Assembly: GCA_041742355.1 (NCBI GenBank)
Contig: JBGSIV010000272.1
Span: 1 to 12,973 of the forward strand
Direction: 5' to 3'
Origin: Candidatus Zixiibacteriota bacterium
Lineage (GTDB): Bacteria > Zixibacteria > MSB-5A5 > GN15 > FEB-12
Length of the DNA: 12,973 nucleotides
The notes under the pieces were generated by a model. It had not been told where the DNA came from. It searched no databases and was given only the letters and a program-made list of their open reading frames with translations. Shown piece after piece: positions 1 through 6,688 of this stretch (its first letter is position 1; the number at the start of each line of letters is the position of its first letter). The position numbers and the translations under genes were made by a program.

Positions 1-168
1 GATCTGGGCGGTCGGCGACTGCTCCCGGGCGATAGCAATCGCCCGGTCGAGGGTCATCTGCTCGGCCATCACCGATCCGGCCAATAGCGACCCGGCGAAT
101 ACTGATCCGGCCAGAAGCAGGCTCAATCCGACGGCGGCCGGCAGGAGGCGAGTCCGGCGGGGCCTCAT
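1..168 (-). CDS. TolC-family outer membrane efflux protein, N-terminal part (runs off the window)
   Basis: Hand translation from ATG at 168: MRPRRTRLLPAAVGLSLLLAGSVFAGSLLAGSVMAEQMTLDRAIAIAREQSPTAQI. It has a Sec signal peptide followed by 'MTLDRAIAIAREQSP', which resembles the TolC N-terminal 'LTLxxAIxxALxNNP' motif. Divergent from arsR. Not in the ORF track (56 codons visible). Confidence 0.7.
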   Translation of the reverse strand, partial: MRPRRTRLLPAAVGLSLLLAGSVFAGSLLAGSVMAEQMTLDRAIAIAREQSPTAQI

Positions 169-314
169 GGACGCCCCCCGGTCGGCCGGGAAGCCGGGCG
201 TTGCGGGAAGGTGCTGTTCTCCATTCGCTGTTGTTCCTTTCTATTGCTATTCTATCTTGCCAATCGAAGACCGGAGGGGGCGGCGGGCGGCCCGCCGGAA
301 ATCCCTTGCCAAAC

Positions 315-334
315 ATATAACTATATAGTTATAT
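315..334. promoter_or_regulatory. Perfect 20-bp palindrome ATATAACTAT-ATAGTTATAT, probable ArsR/SmtB operator overlapping the arsR promoter
   Basis: Exact inverted repeat, AT-rich in a GC-rich background, ending 7 bp upstream of the arsR ATG. TTGCCA at 306-311 and TATCTT at 332-337 flank or overlap it. ArsR/SmtB repressors bind AT-rich inverted repeats at their own promoters. Confidence 0.75.
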
Positions 335-341
335 CTTAGCC

Positions 342-689
342 ATGACAAACAAAAACCGCACCGATTTCACTGAATTGCCCGACCCGCTGCTCGATCTGGT
401 TGCGGGCTGTTTTCGGGCGCTGGGTGATCCGACCCGGCTGAAAATCCTGCGCGCCCTCAGAGACGGCGAGAAGACCGTGCATGATCTGGTCGCCCTGTTC
501 ACCTGGACTCAGCCTAATATATCGCGTCATTTGTCCATCTTGTCAAGAGCCGGGCTCGTTAAGAAGGTCAAGGAGGGGCCGTTTGTGTACTACAGCGTGG
601 CCAATCCCCGTATTTTCACTTTGTGCGACAATGTTTGTGCGCATGTCAATAAGATGATCGGGGAGTACGCGGGGATTCAAAAAAAGTAG
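342..689 (+). CDS. ArsR/SmtB-family winged-helix transcriptional repressor
   Basis: 115 aa with 'FRALGDPTRLKIL', 'TQPNISRHLSILSRAGLV' (HTH) and 'KEGPFVYYSV' (wing). C-terminal 'LCDNVC'. Confidence 0.95.
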   Translation: MTNKNRTDFTELPDPLLDLVAGCFRALGDPTRLKILRALRDGEKTVHDLVALFTWTQPNISRHLSILSRAGLVKKVKEGPFVYYSVANPRIFTLCDNVCAHVNKMIGEYAGIQKK

Positions 690-1122
690 GGGGAAGGGGG
701 GCCAATTTGGGCGGGCATCAGTGGGTCAGGGGCTGAGTAGCCGGGGGTGGATTGGGGGGGGCCACAGCGAGCTGTAGGCGACCCAGCCGCGTAGTCAATA
801 TCTACTCAACAATTCAATGGCACGGAGTCAGATCGACTCCCGGATCAGTCATAGTCTATTCGGTGCTCTGTCTAACTCATTATCGTACACCGGAAAACGA
901 TTCGCACGCCTTTCTTTCATTGAGGGCATGGCGTTTGATAGACACCGGATGGTGGTAGCAACTAAGTCTACCCGTAGGATCACAGGAAAAAGACATGATT
1001 CGGCGGAGGTGTATGTAAAGAGTTGTTCGTCTTTCGTAACAGCAGCATAAACAAACACCGGGCAGGATTCCAGGCCGAATGGATTCACCCGGCAAGACAG
1101 AAGCAGGTGGAGGATTCCTCGT

Positions 1123-3399
1123 ATGGTTCAACAACTCGCAAAACTGGGCATGGCGTCAGTGCTGATGCTATGCCTGTGCGCTGCGGCATTCGCGGCACAG
1201 ACAGTGGTAATTGACTCGATCACTCTGGACGCACCGTCCTGGGGCTTGGGAGTCGATGATTTCAACGTCGACGACAGCCTGGACTTCGTCGTTCGTTGCA
1301 CAGACGGCAATGTGTACCTGTACACCAATGTTGGTTCACATTCGTTTTCGAAGTCAGTTATCGCATCCGGCATTGCAACGGACGCCGGCGACATGGGAAC
1401 AGGTGACTTCAACAGCGACGGTTGGCCCGACATAGCACTCACGAATTTCTCCGATACCGTCCACCTCTTGATTAGCGACGGCCTTGGCGGGTTCCTGCAA
1501 GACGTCTGCCCCACCCCCCTCGATGATCTGATCGGAACCGACTGCGCCGACATCGATGGCGATGGCGATATGGACATGGCCGTACTGGCCTACAATGCCG
1601 CAACTGTTCTGCTTTTCGCGGGGGACGGTGCCGGCCACTTCACTTTCGTCGACAGCTTCCACGTTGATCCGGGCGTTCCCATGTCCGGGGGAATCCCGGG
1701 CCTGATGGCCGGCGATTTCGATGGAGACGGTACAATCGATCTTATCGTCGGTCAGGACGATGACGTTCTTCCTGGTGACGCGTGGCTGTATACGGGCGAC
1801 GGCGCGTTTCACTTTACATTCGCAGGCAGAGTATACGACACCAACCCCGCTGACTCCACGGGGACAAATCGAGCTGGCGGGGGGGGCGGCGATGCTTTCG
1901 ACTTTACTGGAGACGGCGTGATAGACATAATCACCTCCAGCCAGACCGAGTATCCTGAGGACGGGGGCGCAATGGTCCTCTTCGTCGGCCATGGATCCCC
2001 CTCGTTCGGTTCGTCAGACACGTTGGTCGTCGCATCGAGCAACCTGAATATTGCGGCCGCGCCACCCCTGAACTACACCGGCCCAGATTGCTTAGCGATC
2101 GCCGCGGGTGCCTTGGGACCAACCGCCTATCTGGTTTGGTTTGAACATCCCTTTCTTACCTTCCCCGCAGCAAGCCCGTGCGATAATCAACCCGTCAGTC
2201 AGCCCGTCGTAATCACTCTTCCTCAACCCATCAACGGCGGCATGATCCCCTTCAAACTCCCGCCAGATGTCACCGTTACAGGCATAAGCACTACCGGCCT
2301 TGTAACTGAGGGATGGGAGATCGAGATCGACAGACTGAGTTGCCCCGGCGCCTGGGCGGTCGGCTTCTACAGTTTCACGGCGCCCTCGATTCCTGCCGGC
2401 ACACATACCATATTCAATATCGAGTTAGATATAGATATGTGTGGGCAAGCTGATCTCTTCATTCAGTGGGATACCGCATGCATGGGCAACGAGAGCCATC
2501 AACTCGTGCTCGCGGACACGTCTGATCACGATCTGTCCTGCACCTTCACTCCCGGACTCGATTCAACCATGGTCTACGGGTACATCCCTGGTGATTTCAA
2601 CGGCGACGGCACAGTAAATATCTCTGATGTTACCCCTCTGGTGAACTTCCTCTTCAAGAGTGGTCCCGCGGCATGCATCAAAGCGGCGGCCGATGCTAAT
2701 CGCGACAGTAGAGTGACCGTCAGTGACCTAACATTCCTGATCAGCTTCCTCTTCAAGGGTGGCCCCGCGCCGATCTGCGGCCCGCTCGAGCAACTCGCCG
2801 AAAAACTGGCCCCAGGCGGCCTGCTCACAGCCACCTTTGATGGAACGCAGACGACACTCACCCTCAGAGCCGACGCTTCCCTCCGTGGTCTCCAGGTCAC
2901 TCTCGGAGGTACAGGCATCCCGACCCCGATCAGCCTGGTCGATCCCCGGCTGGAGCTGATCGACGGCACCACGACGATCGGCCTGCTCGACCTCGAGGGG
3001 GACGCGGTTATCGAAGCCGGACAGCACGACATCATTCGCATCCCCGGTGAGTGGTCTGTGGTCGAAGCTTACGGATCGAATCTGAACCACCACGATGTTC
3101 TCCTGACTCCGGCGGCGAGCATCACCACCCTGCCGACTGAGTTCGTCCTCAACCAGAACTTCCCCAACCCCTTCAACCCGACCACCGAGATCAGCTTCTC
3201 ACTGCCCAACGCGGGAGAAATCAGGCTGGAGGTATTCAACATGCTCGGCCAGAAGGTAGCCACCCTCATATCCGGCAACCTCGACGCCGGCAACCACACC
3301 GTGACCTGGGATGCCTCGAACCAGTCGAGCGGCGTCTATCTCTATCGCCTGGAGGCCGGGACGTACACCGACACCAAGAAGATGCTCCTACTCAAGTAG
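1123..3399 (+). CDS. Secreted multidomain protein: signal peptide, FG-GAP/VCBS repeats, cohesin-like domain, type I dockerin, C-terminal T9SS-type-A/FlgD-like sorting domain
   Basis: SD GGAGGA at 1109-1114. Signal peptide ending 'AAFA'. Repeats DFNVDDSLDF, GDFNSDGWPDI, ADIDGDGDMDM, GDFDGDGTIDL, DFTGDGVIDI. Beta-sandwich segment at ~2152-2550. Duplicated dockerin 'GDFNGDGTVNISDVTPLVNFLF...ADANRDSRVTVSDLTFLISFLF' at ~2587-2778. CTD 'LPTEFVLNQNFPNPFNPTTEISF...SGVYLYRL...KKMLLLK' at ~3130-3399. Confidence 0.9.
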   Translation: MVQQLAKLGMASVLMLCLCAAAFAAQTVVIDSITLDAPSWGLGVDDFNVDDSLDFVVRCTDGNVYLYTNVGSHSFSKSVIASGIATDAGDMGTGDFNSDGWPDIALTNFSDTVHLLISDGLGGFLQDVCPTPLDDLIGTDCADIDGDGDMDMAVLAYNAATVLLFAGDGAGHFTFVDSFHVDPGVPMSGGIPGLMAGDFDGDGTIDLIVGQDDDVLPGDAWLYTGDGAFHFTFAGRVYDTNPADSTGTNRAGGGGGDAFDFTGDGVIDIITSSQTEYPEDGGAMVLFVGHGSPSFGSSDTLVVASSNLNIAAAPPLNYTGPDCLAIAAGALGPTAYLVWFEHPFLTFPAASPCDNQPVSQPVVITLPQPINGGMIPFKLPPDVTVTGISTTGLVTEGWEIEIDRLSCPGAWAVGFYSFTAPSIPAGTHTIFNIELDIDMCGQADLFIQWDTACMGNESHQLVLADTSDHDLSCTFTPGLDSTMVYGYIPGDFNGDGTVNISDVTPLVNFLFKSGPAACIKAAADANRDSRVTVSDLTFLISFLFKGGPAPICGPLEQLAEKLAPGGLLTATFDGTQTTLTLRADASLRGLQVTLGGTGIPTPISLVDPRLELIDGTTTIGLLDLEGDAVIEAGQHDIIRIPGEWSVVEAYGSNLNHHDVLLTPAASITTLPTEFVLNQNFPNPFNPTTEISFSLPNAGEIRLEVFNMLGQKVATLISGNLDAGNHTVTWDASNQSSGVYLYRLEAGTYTDTKKMLLLK

Positions 3400-3437
3400 C
3401 AGTAGCTCACGAGAGAGTCAGAGGGGACTCTACGAAG

Positions 3438-3469
3438 GAGGCGGGCCATCAAGCCCGCCTCTTCTTGTC
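3438..3469 (+). terminator. Intrinsic terminator of the secreted-protein gene
   Basis: Stem GAGGCGGGC (3438-3446), loop CATCAA, GCCCGCCTC (3453-3461), then TTCTTGTCT. About 40 nt after the stop codon. Confidence 0.7.
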
Positions 3470-3520
3470 TATTCTGTAACCAGTGGACCTTTGGTCGGTC
3501 CACCGCCTCAACCCCCCAAC

Positions 3521-3545
3521 AAAAAAACCCGGCTTTCGCCGGGTC
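3521..3545 (-). terminator. Intrinsic terminator of tRNA-Leu
   Basis: Minus strand reads ACCCGGC-GAAA-GCCGGGT-TTTTTT: GNRA tetraloop and U-tract immediately after the tRNA CCA end. Confidence 0.9.
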
Positions 3546-3553
3546 ATCTATTT

Positions 3554-3640
3554 TGGTGCCGAAGGGGGGACTCGAACCCCCACATCCTTGCGGATACTGC
3601 GCCCTGAACGCAGCGCGTCTACCAGTTTCACCACTTCGGC
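3554..3640 (-). tRNA. tRNA-Leu (anticodon CAG), 87 nt, encoded CCA
   Basis: GCCGAAGTGGTGAAACTGGTAGACGCGCTGCGTTCAGGGCGCAGTATCCGCAAGGATGTGGGGGTTCGAGTCCCCCCTTCGGCACCA. Acceptor stem GCCGAAG/CTTCGGC; anticodon arm CTGCG-TTCAGGG-CGCAG; long variable arm ATCC-GCAA-GGAT; T-loop GTTCGAG; discriminator A. Confidence 0.98.
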
Positions 3641-3693
3641 AATGTCAATTCGTATCGAACTTGTCAGGCACCGCCCGGCCGCCCGGTTCGGTA

Positions 3694-3727
3694 GACGCCA
3701 ATATACACCCTAATTCCCGTCGCGCAA
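3694..3727 (-). promoter_or_regulatory. Putative sigma-70 promoter for tRNA-Leu
   Basis: Minus strand TTGCGC (3727-3722), 16 bp spacer, TATATT (3705-3700), then a GC-rich discriminator GGCGTC typical of stable-RNA promoters. Confidence 0.55.
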
Positions 3728-3856
3728 CCCCATTTTTCCCGCAATGCAATCCCATTTTCCCCACCAACGCGACCTTTTGTTTTCCCGCAACACGGCCACA
3801 CTTTTCCCGCCGCCCAACCCCACTTCTTCAACGCTGCGCCCGCATATTTTCCGCCC
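3712..3856. repeat. Degenerate direct-repeat array (core TTTTCC(C)GC), period ~21-25 bp
   Basis: TTTTCC starts at 3734, 3755, 3780, 3802 and 3847, with degenerate in-phase copies at 3712 (AATTCCCG) and 3824 (TTCTTC). TTTTCCCGCAA occurs exactly at 3734 and 3780. Confidence 0.55.
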
Positions 3857-4075
3857 CACGCCGACCTTCAGGCCCCCTGACGCCAGCCTTCTCGCCTTCG
3901 CCCGCGGCATAATCGCGCCCTGTAGTTTTTGTCTTGCGTTTCCCCCCTTCAGCCCCCCAACTTGTTTGCCGAAAAGATGATACAGCGCCCCGACCCAACC
4001 CCATGACCGCGCCGGTCCGCCGCCATGGCTCGGGGCCAATAAATCGGCCAACCACCGGGAACGATAAAGAACACC

Positions 4076-6685
4076 ATGTACACCCATATGGGAACCGACA
4101 TCTCTGAACGGGTCGGCGAAACAGTCGAACGACCCGAGAACCTTCGCCACCAGTGGCGCGACATTCTCGTGGTCCTCATCCCCCTCGCCCTCTACGTCGC
4201 GCTGGCGTACCCGCTGCGGGCGTGGCTGATCGACGACGCCGGGATCACGTTCGCCTACGCGCGCAACCTCGCGCTCGGCCACGGCCTCGTGTCGCAGCCC
4301 GGCGCGATGCCGGTCGAGGGGTACTCCAACACGCTCTGGCTCCTCCTCATGGTTCCGTTCCTCAAATTCGGCTGGTTCGACCTCTACCTCACGCCGAAGC
4401 TCCTCGGCCTCGGCTGCATGCTGATCACGTTCTACCTGATCTACCGCTCAGTCATTCGCATAACGATCGGCTCCCGGATCGCCGCGTTCCTCGCGCTGGT
4501 GCTCATCGCCGCCAACGCCTCGTTCGTCATCTGGACCACCTCGGGCCTTGAGAACCCGCTCTTCGTGCTCCTGATCGCCGCACTGTTTCTGCTGACCCTG
4601 CGCTATATCGAACGCAACCATACGTCGGTCTGGTATCCGCTCGGCGCCGCGCTCATTGTTTTCGCCGCCGCGCTCACCCGTCCCGATGGGATCGCCTACG
4701 CCGTGATCTTCCCGATGGTGATCGTTCTGCGGCCGTTCTCAATGACGGGCGAGCTGGTCGGCCGCAAGCTGTCGCACCTGTTGCAATATCTGCTCTACCT
4801 CGGCCTGTGTGCCGGCGGGTTCCTCTATTTCCGCCAGTGGTATTTCAGCGACTGGCTGCCGAACACGTACTATGCCAAGGGGGGGCCGGAGCAACGTTTC
4901 CTCATGCCGGCGCTGACGCTGCAGGGGGACTACCTCGCCAAAGCCCGCGAGCTGCTTTCCTCGCTCTACGGCGATCTCTGGTGGGCGGTGGTGGTCCTTC
5001 TCCTTTTCGCGGGGATCGCCGCGCTTCTCTCCCGGATCGTGCGGGTCCGGCCGCTGCTGGTTGCGGCCGCGTTTGTTTTTGTCGGCTACTATGTCTACCT
5101 GATTATGCCGAACGACTGGATGGGGGAGTTCCGCTTCGCCACGCCGTTCTTTATGCTCTTCCACGCCCTGGTCGGCTCGGTGCTCTTCCTGTGGATGAAC
5201 AATATCACCGGCACCCGCCGCATGCTGAACACGCTCCTGATTGTGCTCGGCGGGATTCTTCTCTATGGCACAGCCCAGGAACACCGTCCGCGCCTTGAGG
5301 CCGTGTACACCGCGCCCCCGGTTTCCTTTGATCGGGTCGCGGGTGAATATGCCGTTCGTTACGACAACTATGCCTCGGCCCTCGGAATACAGAACGGCTC
5401 GGTTCTCCTGCCCGATGTCGGCGCCACGCTGTGGTTCTCCAGGCTCCGGGTCTACGACCTGGGACGCTTGACTGACCGGGAGATCGCGCGCACTCTCCAC
5501 AAGGACCAGAAGCGGTTTTACGATTATGTTTTCACTCGCATCAAGCCGACGTTCATTCACACCCACGGCTCCTGGACCAACCGGGCGGCGTTCGAGGATG
5601 ATCCGCGTTTCCGCCAGCAGTATGTCGCGATCAAGGAATGGCCCGACAAGTGGGTGAAGGAGTTTAACGGGCGCAACCTCATGTCCGGGGATTACGTCCG
5701 TCGCGATGCGATTGTGGGACGGGAAGATCTGGTCAGGGACCTGGGCACGCTGGACGCGGTCCCGCCTCCTCCCGCGGCCAAACCGGCTCCGGCCGATACC
5801 GCTTCTTTCCTCGGCGCCCATCGCCTGCCGCAGGGGTTTGTCGAATTGTCCGGGCGCGCCCTGCCGAATACGAGAGTCGATCTGGCCGCGGCTATCGCCT
5901 ACCGCAGCCCGCTGGATGCCGACAGCATCGAGTTGATCGAGTACGGCGGTTCGCTCCACTACCAGCCGGTTGAACTGGCGCATCGCTGCTACCATTTTAT
6001 GGGGGCGTATTTGATCAACGGCGACACAGCCCTCCTGCGCCGGACCGCCAGGTACCTGCGCAAGACGATGGAGCTGTCCCGCGCGGTCGGCGACGCCTCG
6101 TATGTCCCGTACAGTTTCGACAAGCGCGTCCACCGCGACGAGCCGACGGTTCTGAAGGCGCCATGGTATTCCGGCATGGCCCAGGGGGAACTTCTCGGCG
6201 CCAGCATGCGTCTCTGGGAGTTCACCGGCGACACCGCGTTTCTGAACTACGGGCACCGCCTGTTCAACTCGCTCCTTCGCGTTCGCGGCGGGGATGGCCC
6301 GTGGGTGACCCAGGTCGACGGCTCCGGCTATTTCTGGATTGAGGAGTACCCGCACGACGAGACGCCGGACCTGACGCTCAACGGGTACATCGCCGCGGTG
6401 TTCGGCGTTTATGATTACTACCGGCTCACCAAATCCGACTCGGCCCTGGGGCTCTATGAAGCCTGCCTGACGACGCTCAAGCACTATCTCCCCCAATACC
6501 GCCGCCCGGGGGATTACAGCTACTACTGTCTCGGCCACCGCTCGCCCGCGAACGCCGACTACCACAATCTCCACGTCAGCATGTGCGGGCATCTCCACCG
6601 CATGACGGGCGACGAATTCTTCAGGACCATGGCGGAGGAACTCCGGAGTGACACGCCGCCGCTGCGAACCGATCTGGAGGAGTGA
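4076..6685 (+). CDS. Multi-TM GT-C-fold glycosyltransferase (AftB/PMT-like) fused to a C-terminal D-glucuronyl C5-epimerase-like domain
   Basis: N-terminal part: 'IDDAGITFAYARNLALGHGL...PVEGYSNTLW', 'SGLENPL', 'LTRPDG', 'LPNTYYAK', 'DWMGEFRF', many hydrophobic helices, then soluble 'PDVGA...VYDLGRLTDREIAR'. Linker PPPPAAKPAPAD at 5762-5797. C-terminal part: 'PWYSGMAQG' (6161), 'WIEEYP' (6335-6352), 'LNGYIAAVFGVYDY', 'LKHYLPQY', 'YHNLH' (6560-6574). An alternative start is ATG 4088. Confidence 0.85.
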   Translation: MYTHMGTDISERVGETVERPENLRHQWRDILVVLIPLALYVALAYPLRAWLIDDAGITFAYARNLALGHGLVSQPGAMPVEGYSNTLWLLLMVPFLKFGWFDLYLTPKLLGLGCMLITFYLIYRSVIRITIGSRIAAFLALVLIAANASFVIWTTSGLENPLFVLLIAALFLLTLRYIERNHTSVWYPLGAALIVFAAALTRPDGIAYAVIFPMVIVLRPFSMTGELVGRKLSHLLQYLLYLGLCAGGFLYFRQWYFSDWLPNTYYAKGGPEQRFLMPALTLQGDYLAKARELLSSLYGDLWWAVVVLLLFAGIAALLSRIVRVRPLLVAAAFVFVGYYVYLIMPNDWMGEFRFATPFFMLFHALVGSVLFLWMNNITGTRRMLNTLLIVLGGILLYGTAQEHRPRLEAVYTAPPVSFDRVAGEYAVRYDNYASALGIQNGSVLLPDVGATLWFSRLRVYDLGRLTDREIARTLHKDQKRFYDYVFTRIKPTFIHTHGSWTNRAAFEDDPRFRQQYVAIKEWPDKWVKEFNGRNLMSGDYVRRDAIVGREDLVRDLGTLDAVPPPPAAKPAPADTASFLGAHRLPQGFVELSGRALPNTRVDLAAAIAYRSPLDADSIELIEYGGSLHYQPVELAHRCYHFMGAYLINGDTALLRRTARYLRKTMELSRAVGDASYVPYSFDKRVHRDEPTVLKAPWYSGMAQGELLGASMRLWEFTGDTAFLNYGHRLFNSLLRVRGGDGPWVTQVDGSGYFWIEEYPHDETPDLTLNGYIAAVFGVYDYYRLTKSDSALGLYEACLTTLKHYLPQYRRPGDYSYYCLGHRSPANADYHNLHVSMCGHLHRMTGDEFFRTMAEELRSDTPPLRTDLEE

Positions 6686-6688
6686 GCC

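Noticed and set aside
71..120. Duplicated LLAGSV motif (30-bp period) in the TolC signal peptide
   Set aside because: A small local duplication in a tolerant region with no evident functional meaning.
693..701. GAAGGGGGG identical to tRNA positions 3561-3569, as a possible att-site duplication
   Set aside because: Only 9 bp of low-complexity sequence inside a G-rich tract. The TGGTGCC end of the tRNA is not duplicated and there is no integrase, so no integrative element is called.
752..1134. Short ORFs (68-84 aa) between arsR and the secreted-protein gene
   Set aside because: They overlap each other on both strands, lack clear SDs and host-like codon bias, and show no recognisable domains.
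3483..3503. Hairpin GTGGACC-N7-GGTCCAC between the two terminators
   Set aside because: Single copy, no U-tract and no other support for a REP or attC role.
3712..3856. CRISPR array or replication origin
   Set aside because: The repeats are only ~6-11 bp and degenerate with a ~22-bp period. No cas or rep genes, no DnaA boxes and no AT-rich unwinding element were seen.
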